From contig CAVPIE010000015.1 in assembly GCA_963704865.1 (NCBI GenBank), positions 260,658 through 324,657 on the forward strand: DNA of 64,000 nt, in the 5' to 3' direction. Both the position numbers and the translations under genes were made by a program. The notes beneath the pieces were generated by a model. That model was given only the letters and a program-made list of their open reading frames with translations. It searched no databases and was not told where the DNA came from. This stretch comes from an uncultured delta proteobacterium. Lineage in GTDB: Bacteria; Myxococcota_A; Polyangia; Polyangiales; Houyiibacteriaceae. Below, in pieces: positions 30,269-38,524 of this stretch; positions within the stretch are counted from its first letter, which is position 1, and each line of letters opens with the position of its first letter.

Positions 30269-30363
30269 ACCCCCACCCGTAATCCTCCCTGCCGCGCCCG
30301 TCGCTTCGCTTGGGCTTGGCGGCGCGTTGCGCCGGGCTTCGCCCTGCGGGCTCGCGCTACCGC
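30269..30363. repeat. 95-nt intergenic REP-like repeat, copy C
   Basis: 82/95 identical to copy B with no indels; the same GTTACACCGCCCGCCC leader occurs upstream of copy A. Confidence 0.9.
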
Positions 30364-30390
30364 GCATGTGCGGGTGTCCGCATCAGCGCG

Positions 30391-30462
30391 AGTGTCAGCG
30401 CCAGCGCCAGCGCCAGTGCCAGTGCCAGTGCCAGTGCCAGCGCCAGTGCCAGTGCCAGTGTC
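30391..30462. repeat. Hexamer microsatellite (AGYGYC)x12
   Basis: Twelve units of AGTGCC/AGCGCC/AGTGTC ending at the DUF502 stop codon. Confidence 0.95.
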
Positions 30463-31036
30463 ACACCGTCTGGCCGTCGATCACCGTCCTTGCGGCATTC
30501 ATGTCGGTCACGCCACCCGACACGATAAATGCCATGAACTCCGCGCCGTCGGCGTCGAGGAGGTGCACGCGTTCGCGCGGGACGACGATCAAGTTGCCCG
30601 CGAAGTTATAGGACTCCGGAAGGTACACCGAGACGTGCCCGGCTAGATGCGGGTCGTCGAAGCGCTCGTTGGTGAGGAAGCCGAGCACTTTGAGTCCGTG
30701 CTTGTTGACCTCGACCGCGACCGGCTTATCGAACTTGCGTTTGCTTCCGACGAACGCCCCGAACAGATCTCTGAGCGAGTTGTAGAGGATCCGAACGAGC
30801 GGCACACGCCGCATACCCGACTCCAAGGCCGAGATCAGTTTGTCACCGACAACGTTGCCGGCCAGATAGCCAATCAGCGTAATCCCAGCAGCGGCAATCA
30901 CGATTCCAAGCCCGGGGATTCGCGTATTGAGCCATTTATCGAGCGTCGTCACAGTGAAGACGACGACCCAGATGGTGATGGCGACCGGTGCAAGGACCAA
31001 GAGCCCCTGCGCAAAGCTTCTCGTCAGCGTTCTCAT
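30461..31036 (-). CDS. DUF502 membrane protein
   Basis: GLLVLAPVAIT, RVPLVRILYNS, LGFLT, VYLP...N..G.L, FIVSGG. Confidence 0.9.
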   Translation of the reverse strand: MRTLTRSFAQGLLVLAPVAITIWVVVFTVTTLDKWLNTRIPGLGIVIAAAGITLIGYLAGNVVGDKLISALESGMRRVPLVRILYNSLRDLFGAFVGSKRKFDKPVAVEVNKHGLKVLGFLTNERFDDPHLAGHVSVYLPESYNFAGNLIVVPRERVHLLDADGAEFMAFIVSGGVTDMNAARTVIDGQTV

Positions 31037-31091
31037 GCGATTCTCCTATCACCCGCTTGCGCCCTGCGCATTACCAGACAGAACGCGCCGG

Positions 31092-31976
31092 GTGGCGGCA
31101 CTCTTCCCACATTGGCATCGCATCACGCCCGGGATTCGCCACATGTTGCTGGGCACGCTGTTTTTCAGCGCGATGAGCGTGTTCGCGAAGTTCGCGGGCG
31201 AGCGGCTGCCGACGATGGAGCTCGTTCTCGCACGGGTGCTCGTGACGCTCGTCATGAGCTGGTGGGCGATCCGCAGCCTCGGGATCTACCCCTGGGGCAA
31301 CAATAAGAAGCTGCTCCTGATGCGCGGCTTCGCCGGCTTCATGGGCTTGAGTTGCTACTTCTATGCGATCAATCACCTGCCGCTCGCCGACGCCACGGTG
31401 ATTCAGTTCTGCAACCCAATGCTCGCGGCGCTCATCGCGGCCGTTGCGCTCAAGGAGCAGCTGCGTGGCTTGGATGTGTTCGCGACTCTGTTCAGCATGG
31501 CCGGTATCGTGCTCGTCGCCCAGCCGAGTTTTCTCTTCGCCACCGGCCTGCACTTGGATCCGGTCGCGGTCGTCGTCGGCATCGTGGGCGCGATCTTTTC
31601 GGCAATCGCGTACGTCGTCATCCGCCGCCTCGGCTCCACCGAGCACCACATGGTCGTGGTCCTCTACTTTCCCCTCGTCACCGGTCCCGCCTCCTTGCCG
31701 CTCCTGGCCTTCGAAGGCGTGGTGCTTCCCCAGGGGATTGAGTGGCTGCTCTTGTTGGGGATTGGCGTTACGGCACAACTCGGCCAAATCGAGATCACCA
31801 AAGGCTTCAAGCTCGAGACCGCCGGCCGGGCGTCCTCCGTTACCTACCTCCAGATCGTCCTCGCATACACCTGGGGGGTCCTCTTCTTCGGCGAGTACCC
31901 GAACACGATCAGCATCGCTGGTGCGTTCTTGGTCGTGCTCGGCGTCTTCAGCCTGACCCGACGCCCTCAGTCCTGA
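31092..31976 (+). CDS. DMT/EamA-family transporter
   Basis: About 10 TM segments; RGFAG, PLADATVI, LKE, YLQIVLA. Start may be 31143. Confidence 0.9.
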   Translation: MAALFPHWHRITPGIRHMLLGTLFFSAMSVFAKFAGERLPTMELVLARVLVTLVMSWWAIRSLGIYPWGNNKKLLLMRGFAGFMGLSCYFYAINHLPLADATVIQFCNPMLAALIAAVALKEQLRGLDVFATLFSMAGIVLVAQPSFLFATGLHLDPVAVVVGIVGAIFSAIAYVVIRRLGSTEHHMVVVLYFPLVTGPASLPLLAFEGVVLPQGIEWLLLLGIGVTAQLGQIEITKGFKLETAGRASSVTYLQIVLAYTWGVLFFGEYPNTISIAGAFLVVLGVFSLTRRPQS

Positions 31977-32719
31977 AGCAAGGGATCGAACACGCCAGGG
32001 TCGACGCCGAGGCCTTCGAGGTTTTGGGCGCCTTCGACGTTGCTGATGAAGGTCATCGTACGCCCCCAGCCTTCGTGCTGCGTGGAGACCTTCGCGCCGG
32101 TGTCGAGCGCCGTCCAGCCCTCCCAGCTCGTTTCGATGCCGCCGATCGGGATGATCTGTACCCACATGCGCCAGGCTTCAGGAAGGCCGTCAGCGCCGGG
32201 GATCCACAGATACGCATCGCCGGGCGTGACGCCGCCAGAGCTGTAGCTGACGAGGAGGGCATCGCGTCCGTCGTCGAGCTTCACCAGCAAGCGTTCGACG
32301 CCAGGATCGAAAAATTTCACGACCGGGTTGAGCCAGAAAGAATCGTTGACCCAGTACGTGTAGGCTGCGCTCAGCGCTTCCTTTGCATCCTCGCCCGTTT
32401 GTTCGGAGCCGGAATGCCACGCCCTGCCTGTTTGATCACCGGTGCGGAATAGGGCGCGCGAATCGCCCCAGCGGAGCTCGACGAGGTCGCGATCACGGTC
32501 CCAGACATAGTGATGTCGCTCAAAAAACGACCATCGAACTGCGCCGGTTCGGTCCCAAGCTTCCTTGTTGACCGCCGCCTCCATCGATCGCGCCAGCGCA
32601 TCGGCTTCGGGCCCGGGCTGGCCCTCAGGCCTCGGCTCGTTGAGCGAGTAGCCCAGTACGACCAAGCCAAGAAGCCCGAGAATGAGAATCGCCGCTAGGA
32701 TCTTGAACGCGCGCATCAT
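31967..32719 (-). CDS. Conserved hypothetical membrane-anchored protein
   Basis: N-terminal TM; NDSFWL.P, GGVTPGDAYLW and W.MWVQIIPIGG look like conserved blocks. Confidence 0.75.
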   Translation of the reverse strand: MMRAFKILAAILILGLLGLVVLGYSLNEPRPEGQPGPEADALARSMEAAVNKEAWDRTGAVRWSFFERHHYVWDRDRDLVELRWGDSRALFRTGDQTGRAWHSGSEQTGEDAKEALSAAYTYWVNDSFWLNPVVKFFDPGVERLLVKLDDGRDALLVSYSSGGVTPGDAYLWIPGADGLPEAWRMWVQIIPIGGIETSWEGWTALDTGAKVSTQHEGWGRTMTFISNVEGAQNLEGLGVDPGVFDPLLQD

Positions 32720-32778
32720 GAGAACAGCGGCGAGCCTACACTGTGCAGAGAGGGGGCAAAAGCGCTATGAGTCTCCCC

Positions 32779-33552
32779 ATGGCCCATTCGCACGGACAAC
32801 ACGGCGGCGCAGAAGCCGGTTCGCCAACCATCGACACGCGCGAGCGTGGCGCCCCCAAGGACGGGGAGCCTCAGTTCATGGATCGCAGGCTTTTCATGCA
32901 GCTTTTGGTGTTTCAGGTGCCCGCGGGGACGTCGATCGAGGCCAACCAGGACGCATTGCTATCGGCCCTGAAACAAGCTGACATCCCTGCGGTGGTCTAC
33001 GCAGACACCAACGACCCACGCGGCGTGGCTTTGCTGACCTTCGGCGAGGATCCCGCACTTTTTGTCGACTCGGTCCGCCCCTTGTTCGAGGCCGCGCCCT
33101 TGCGCGACTGGACCCTGCGCCCCGAGCTGACGATGATCGGCCGCACCTACAGCAGCGGTTACGAGAAAGATCTCGAGTTCTGGCTCCTCGATCGGCCCAG
33201 GCAGACGGTCCTCAACCCGGAGTGGAACTGGGCGGTATGGTATCCGCTTCGTCGCACCGGGGCATTCGAGCAGCTCGAAGGAAGAGAGAAGGGCGGCATC
33301 CTCCGGGAGCATGCCACGATCGGGCGGGCCTACGGAGACCAGGATCTCGCGCACGATGTGCGCCTCGCCTGCCATGGCCTCGACGCCAACGACAACGAGT
33401 TTCTGATTGGTTTAATCGGGTCGACCCTTCATCCGCTTTCGCATGTCGTTCAGTCGATGCGGGGCACGGTCCAGACCTCGCAGTACATTCAGCAGATGGG
33501 TCCGTTCTTCGTCGGGCGCGCGATCGGCCGGCACGCGGGCTCCGACAAGTGA
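32779..33552 (+). CDS. Chlorite dismutase / coproheme decarboxylase (Cld/ChdC) family protein
   Basis: WYPLRR, ILREHATIGRAY (proximal His), HGLD..DNEF, GPFFVGR. Confidence 0.8.
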   Translation: MAHSHGQHGGAEAGSPTIDTRERGAPKDGEPQFMDRRLFMQLLVFQVPAGTSIEANQDALLSALKQADIPAVVYADTNDPRGVALLTFGEDPALFVDSVRPLFEAAPLRDWTLRPELTMIGRTYSSGYEKDLEFWLLDRPRQTVLNPEWNWAVWYPLRRTGAFEQLEGREKGGILREHATIGRAYGDQDLAHDVRLACHGLDANDNEFLIGLIGSTLHPLSHVVQSMRGTVQTSQYIQQMGPFFVGRAIGRHAGSDK

Positions 33553-33558
33553 GCCCGC

Positions 33559-34659
33559 ATGTCCGGTAGTACGTTCGGTCGTCTTTTCCGTGTGACCACG
33601 GCCGGTGAGAGCCATGGCCCAGCGAACGTGGTCATCATCGACGGCTGTCCTCCTGGTCTTCCGCTCTCGGAGGAAGACCTCATCCCCGACCTCGAGCGCC
33701 GTCGTCCCGGGCAGAGCAAGATCGTCACGCAACGCAAGGAGCCGGACAGCCCCGAGATTCTCTCTGGCGTGTTCGAGGGCGAGACGATGGGAACCCCCAT
33801 TGCGATCGTCGTCCGAAACAAAGACCAGCGTTCGCGCGACTACACCAACATCAAGGACGTGTACCGCCCGGGGCACGCCGACTATACCTTCGACGCGAAG
33901 TTCGGTCGCCGCGATTACCGCGGAGGCGGCCGCAGCAGCGCGCGCGAAACCGTGGCGCGGGTGGCGGCTGGCGCCGTGGCGAAGAAGCTCATTTTAGAGG
34001 CATTCGGCGGGCAGGTGGTCGGTTACGTGAGGCAAGTCGGAGATATCGAAGCAACGATTCCGTCGGCGGTCACGCTCGATCAGGTGGAGAAGCTTCCCGA
34101 CGGCAAGCCAAACATCGTCCGCTGTCCCGATCCGGAAGCTGCAGCGCGCATGGTCAAGCTCATCGAGAAGATGCGAAAAGACCAGGACTCGATCGGCGGT
34201 GTCGCTGAGATCGTCGCGCGCAACGTGCCTGCGGGCCTGGGCGAGCCGGTCTTCGACAAGCTCAAGGCTGACCTCGGCAAGGCTTTGTTCAGTCTACCCG
34301 CTGTGCTCGGGGTCGAGTACGGCGCCGGCTTTGCGGTCGCGACTGCGCGTGGCAGCGACAACAACGATGCCTTCGAAACCGACGCGGAGGGTGTCATCCG
34401 AACGCGTAGCAACCGTCATGGCGGCATGCTGGGCGGGATCTCGAGCGGGATGCCCATCGTCCTTCGGGCTGCCGTCAAACCGACCAGCAGTCTTCCGCGA
34501 AGCCAAGACACGGTCACATCGACTGGCGACGGGACGACCATTCGGACGACCGGGCGCCACGATCCCTGTCTGTTGCCGCGGTTCGTTCCAATGGGCGAGG
34601 CGATGGTTGCGCTCGTGCTGGCCGATCACTGGTTGCGTTGGCAAGCGATACGGTTCTAG
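33559..34659 (+). CDS. aroC: Chorismate synthase
   Basis: GESHG, RPGHAD, GGRSSARET, GGISSG, KPTSS, GRHDPC. Confidence 0.97.
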   Translation: MSGSTFGRLFRVTTAGESHGPANVVIIDGCPPGLPLSEEDLIPDLERRRPGQSKIVTQRKEPDSPEILSGVFEGETMGTPIAIVVRNKDQRSRDYTNIKDVYRPGHADYTFDAKFGRRDYRGGGRSSARETVARVAAGAVAKKLILEAFGGQVVGYVRQVGDIEATIPSAVTLDQVEKLPDGKPNIVRCPDPEAAARMVKLIEKMRKDQDSIGGVAEIVARNVPAGLGEPVFDKLKADLGKALFSLPAVLGVEYGAGFAVATARGSDNNDAFETDAEGVIRTRSNRHGGMLGGISSGMPIVLRAAVKPTSSLPRSQDTVTSTGDGTTIRTTGRHDPCLLPRFVPMGEAMVALVLADHWLRWQAIRF

Positions 34660-34895
34660 CGCGCGAAGTTCCAGGCAATGATCGCGATGGCGGCGGTCAC
34701 GAGGACTGCCGTCCAAAGCAGGCTACCGCCCTTGCTATCTTTCGAGCTCTCTGAGCCGACGGCACGCCGAAACCCGCCGATCATGTTTCCCATGACCCCC
34801 GTGGTTTGGCCGCCAACCGTGTTGCGCGACGGGCCATGGCCCTTCTTCTCTCGCTTCTTCGTGTTGGCGCTCTTCTTCTGATACTGCTTCGACAT
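34656..34895 (-). CDS. Small basic protein with C-terminal TM helix (79 aa)
   Basis: MSKQYQKKSANTKKREKK...LLWTAVLVTAAIAIIAW; TAGAAT lies 7 nt upstream of the ATG. Confidence 0.65.
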   Translation of the reverse strand: MSKQYQKKSANTKKREKKGHGPSRNTVGGQTTGVMGNMIGGFRRAVGSESSKDSKGGSLLWTAVLVTAAIAIIAWNFAR

Positions 34896-34905
34896 TCGCG
34901 CCATT

Positions 34906-37050
34906 CTATCCGGGATTGATGCTCGCGTGAATTGCTTTTCGCGGAGGTGCGAGGGTGTAGTGCGGTATCGGTTGTCGGTCGCGACGGCACCTCTGGTGTT
35001 CTTGCTCACAAGCCGCGAGGAGCTGCGGTTGCGCGTCCGGAGCCCGATGCGCGAGCCACCGTTGTTTCGCAGATGCGGCTTCCGGACGGCCCATGCTTTC
35101 GAGGGCCAAGGCCCGACTCCGCAGCAAGCTTTCATCCCGGGGCGCCAGTCGGAGGCCGGCATCGGCAGCGGATAGGGCGTTCAGGTCCTGGGATAGGCTG
35201 CCATATGCACGCGCGAGGTCTCGCCAGGCGCGCGGGTCGAGGGGCGAAGCGTCGGCGACCCGCTGATAGGCTTCGGCCGCTGCGCTCCAGCGCCACACGC
35301 GGGCGTACGCGTCTGCCCGGACGCGATCGAGGACCGGATTTTCCCCGATCAATGCTTTGGCACGATCGGCAAACGCCGCCGCTTCGTCCGGTCGGCCCTG
35401 CGCCGAGGAGAGCCGCGCGCGCAAGACGAGAGCCCGAGCGCTCAGAACGGCCGACTTCGACTCGCGAGCCAAGCGTAATGCGCGCTCGATGCTCGGCTTG
35501 GCGACGTGTACGTGCTCCTGTTTGGAATGGAGCAGCGCGAGCGCCTGCGTGAGCAACCGTTCGATGATCGGTCGCCCCGCGCCTCCTGTTGGATTCTGTT
35601 CGTCCGCCCCGCGCCCCATCCAGACCGTCGCAGCCCCGACCTCGGTCACGGGTTGCTCTAGGCAGGGATCGAGCGCGACCTTGCCGCGCTTTTCAGCGCC
35701 CTGAGCGAAGTGGACGCCTCGCTCGGTGAGACTCGCTGCACAGGCCAAGGCTTGAAACTGCAGGCTGTGTTTGCGGTGCAGCAAGCGTGCATCGACTTTC
35801 AACGGCAGCTCCATCTGGCGCGGAAGCGTCATCGAGTAGCGAACAGCCTGCGCATCGTGTGCGGGCAGCGTGCGGTCGAACGCTGGAGCGGAGAAGCGGT
35901 GAACTTGATGCAGGATTTCGGGCGTGGCTTTCGCATCGAGAAGCGTAGCCCGCAGCATGAACACATCGTCGTTGCCGTCCTCGTTCGGACGCGACAGCGC
36001 AAGCAGCTTGCCGGACGCATCGCGGACCTCGACCTCGACCCAGACATCCTGCATGTCGCGGACTCCGCCGGGAAATCGGTGCCCGGCGCCTCGGTTTTGG
36101 AGCAGAACGTCGAAGACCAGTCGCTCTGCGCCCCGGAACCTCGATTCCTGAGGGAGCAGATAGCGTCGCGGGCCCGCGCGCACAGCCCCAATGTCGACGA
36201 CCACGGCGCCTGCGAGCTGTCTGCTGGCCTGTTCGGCGTGTCTCGGGTCCGGCAGCTGCATTGCCATCGCCGTGTGAGATGCCGTCCAGCGGTGACTGCT
36301 CACGATTCCGTCGATGGCCCCTGCCATTTCCGCGTCGGATGCCAACTCGTCAGGCATGTGGCAGTCCTGACAGCTGTTCTCCTCGACCGACGTGAGTTGA
36401 TCCTGCACCGCTCCAGCAAAGGCCGACGAAGCCCAGTCGCCGAGATCATCGATTCCGGGAAGATGGTTCTCGTTTCCGATCGACGGGCCGGAAAAAGACC
36501 GGTGACACGAACCGCAAAGCGCTGCAGTGCGGAGCGGCTTCATCGTGAGCCGCGCGCGGTGTGCTTCGATCTCTTCCTGGTTGGCCGGGTCAGGAAGGAG
36601 GACGGCCCGATTCGTGAGTGCGAAGCTCGCGTTGCCGTCGGGGCGGGTGGACTCGACGCTGTGGCAGACCAGGCAGGTGATGCCGGCGTACGCGAGCTCG
36701 TTCTCCGGTGTGACCTCCCGGTCGATATCCCCAGAGATCAGGAGAAGCGGGTCGTGGCAGCCTGCGCAGAATCGGCTTTCGTCCTCGCCCCGCTCAGCGC
36801 GGAACTGATCGATGCTTGCGCGGTACCATGGGTTGTCGAACGATGCATACGCGTGCGCGCTGTTCGTCCAGTGCGACGCCACATCGGAGTGGCAGTCGGC
36901 ACAATCGTCGGTCTTGGCCAGCCTTGTGACGTCCAATGCCGGAGCGCTCATGAGCGAAGGGCTCAGGTCTTGCCCGCTGGAGCGAAGGGGCTCCGGCGCG
37001 TACGAGCAGCCCGCGATCCAAATCAACGCGATGAAAAGCCAGCGAGTCAT
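34906..37050 (-). CDS. Pentaheme c-type cytochrome lipoprotein with C-terminal TPRs
   Basis: Lipobox IAGC; CADCH, CAGCH, CLVCH, CGSCH, CQDCH; GHRFPGG; Ala-rich TPR helices. Confidence 0.85.
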   Translation of the reverse strand: MTRWLFIALIWIAGCSYAPEPLRSSGQDLSPSLMSAPALDVTRLAKTDDCADCHSDVASHWTNSAHAYASFDNPWYRASIDQFRAERGEDESRFCAGCHDPLLLISGDIDREVTPENELAYAGITCLVCHSVESTRPDGNASFALTNRAVLLPDPANQEEIEAHRARLTMKPLRTAALCGSCHRSFSGPSIGNENHLPGIDDLGDWASSAFAGAVQDQLTSVEENSCQDCHMPDELASDAEMAGAIDGIVSSHRWTASHTAMAMQLPDPRHAEQASRQLAGAVVVDIGAVRAGPRRYLLPQESRFRGAERLVFDVLLQNRGAGHRFPGGVRDMQDVWVEVEVRDASGKLLALSRPNEDGNDDVFMLRATLLDAKATPEILHQVHRFSAPAFDRTLPAHDAQAVRYSMTLPRQMELPLKVDARLLHRKHSLQFQALACAASLTERGVHFAQGAEKRGKVALDPCLEQPVTEVGAATVWMGRGADEQNPTGGAGRPIIERLLTQALALLHSKQEHVHVAKPSIERALRLARESKSAVLSARALVLRARLSSAQGRPDEAAAFADRAKALIGENPVLDRVRADAYARVWRWSAAAEAYQRVADASPLDPRAWRDLARAYGSLSQDLNALSAADAGLRLAPRDESLLRSRALALESMGRPEAASAKQRWLAHRAPDAQPQLLAACEQEHQRCRRDRQPIPHYTLAPPRKAIHASINPG

Positions 37051-37093
37051 ATCGTCTAGGACGTTCGACGCCCCCTTTCGGATCTGATTCTGC

Positions 37094-37915
37094 TCAGAGC
37101 GTGCCGAAGCTCACGAAAATCTGCGTGAGCAGCGCGTCGGCCATCAAAATGCTGATCGAGACCACCACGACCGAACGGGTGGTCGAGCGGCCGACGCCTT
37201 CGGTGCCGCCACGGGTTTGCAGGCCGAAGTAGCAACCCAAAATGGCGATCAAAAAGCCGAAAAAAGGTGTCTTGGAGACGCCGCTGATGAAGTCGTTGAT
37301 TCTTAGCGAGTCGAGCGCCGTCGAGAAGAAGAACTCCATCGGAATCCCGTAGGACAGCGCCGCGACGAGCATGGAGCTGATCATTCCGAGGATGAACGCG
37401 ACGAACGTGATCAAAGGCATGATTACGATGCAGGCGACCAGGCGCGGCACGACGAGCTTGCGGATGGGGTCGGCACCCAAGGCCCGGATGGCATCCACTT
37501 GCTCGGTGACGGCCATCGAACCGAGCTCCGCTGCAATCCCCGCCGCGATGCGGCTGCCGACGACGAGCGCCGTCAGCGAAGGCGCGAGCTCGCGGGCCTC
37601 GGAAACCGCGATCACGCGGCCGAGGGTGTCCTTGGCGCCAAAGGCCTCCATGGAGACGGCAAACTGAATGGTCATTACGATGCCAACGAAGATCGCCGTC
37701 GCCGCTGCGATCGCGAGGCTCCGGACGCCGAGTTGCTCGAGTTGGTAGATGAACTCGCTCGTGTCGAAGCGCGTCGTGAACATCGTTCGGAACGTGCGTC
37801 CGGCGAGGAGCGTCGAGGCGCCCACCTCTTCGACGAAGGTCCGAAGACGCCGTATCTGGAAGTCGGCCCAGGTCGTGAGATTGCGAGGCCGGGTCGATGG
37901 CGATGCCGAAGTCAC
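37094..37915 (-). CDS. mlaE: MlaE-family ABC permease
   Basis: GVRSL, RELAP.L, AELGSM.VTEQVDAIRALG.DP..KLVVPR, GGTEGVGRSTT..VV. Confidence 0.93.
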   Translation of the reverse strand: MTSASPSTRPRNLTTWADFQIRRLRTFVEEVGASTLLAGRTFRTMFTTRFDTSEFIYQLEQLGVRSLAIAAATAIFVGIVMTIQFAVSMEAFGAKDTLGRVIAVSEARELAPSLTALVVGSRIAAGIAAELGSMAVTEQVDAIRALGADPIRKLVVPRLVACIVIMPLITFVAFILGMISSMLVAALSYGIPMEFFFSTALDSLRINDFISGVSKTPFFGFLIAILGCYFGLQTRGGTEGVGRSTTRSVVVVSISILMADALLTQIFVSFGTL

Positions 37916-38427
37916 GGCCGGCCCGTCGTCGTGGTGAAGCCCGCGAGCACCTGGTCGAAATCCGGCAATGCCTCTTCGAAGCTCGGGCCGGGCGGGGTGA
38001 TCAGGCCGAAGTCGTATACGCAGCCGTCCTTCTTGAGGATCTGCAGAAGAATCAGACGCGGGACACCGTCGAGCTTCGCGTTGAATCGCGTCCGCAGAGC
38101 CTCGCGACCGTCCATCGGCACGCGCTCCTCTTCGACCAGCTCTCGCTCGGTGAACCCGATCATCAGGTGGCTTCGAAGGGCGGTGAGCGGGATGTCCAGT
38201 GTAGGATCACAGTCGGAGTCGACGTGAATGACGGCCTCCTTCGAACTGTTGTGCCAGGCGAGGTCGTTTTGCCGATCGACCGTGACAGCTGTCCAGCCCT
38301 CGCCGACCGGACCGATTCGATAGGACGTCTCCTCACCCCGGTAGACTCCGTTTTGGAGCGTGCCGGTGGTCGCACAGCCCATCGCTGCCGGGCTCATCAA
38401 GAGCCAGATTGCCAGCCACCGCCTCAC
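37912..38427 (-). CDS. Hypothetical lipoprotein
   Basis: Lipobox-like AMGC; stop overlaps the mlaE start; one Cys pair; PsbP/DcrB-like residue pattern (weak). Confidence 0.7.
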   Translation of the reverse strand: MRRWLAIWLLMSPAAMGCATTGTLQNGVYRGEETSYRIGPVGEGWTAVTVDRQNDLAWHNSSKEAVIHVDSDCDPTLDIPLTALRSHLMIGFTERELVEEERVPMDGREALRTRFNAKLDGVPRLILLQILKKDGCVYDFGLITPPGPSFEEALPDFDQVLAGFTTTTGRP

Positions 38428-38524
38428 TGCGCCGGACTCTAACACGCCGGGCATTCTTGTCGATTTGCGCTTTTCGGGCTCCAGGCGGGCCCGGTCCGTT
38501 TTCGTTCGCTAGACTGTAGGGACT

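Noticed and set aside
29111-30462. CRISPR array
   Set aside because: Repeats are 95 nt, only three copies, irregularly spaced, and no cas genes are present.
30158-30646. ORFs with (PV)n, (QC)n or (SA)n tracts
   Set aside because: These are three frames of the same hexamer microsatellite, antisense to real genes.
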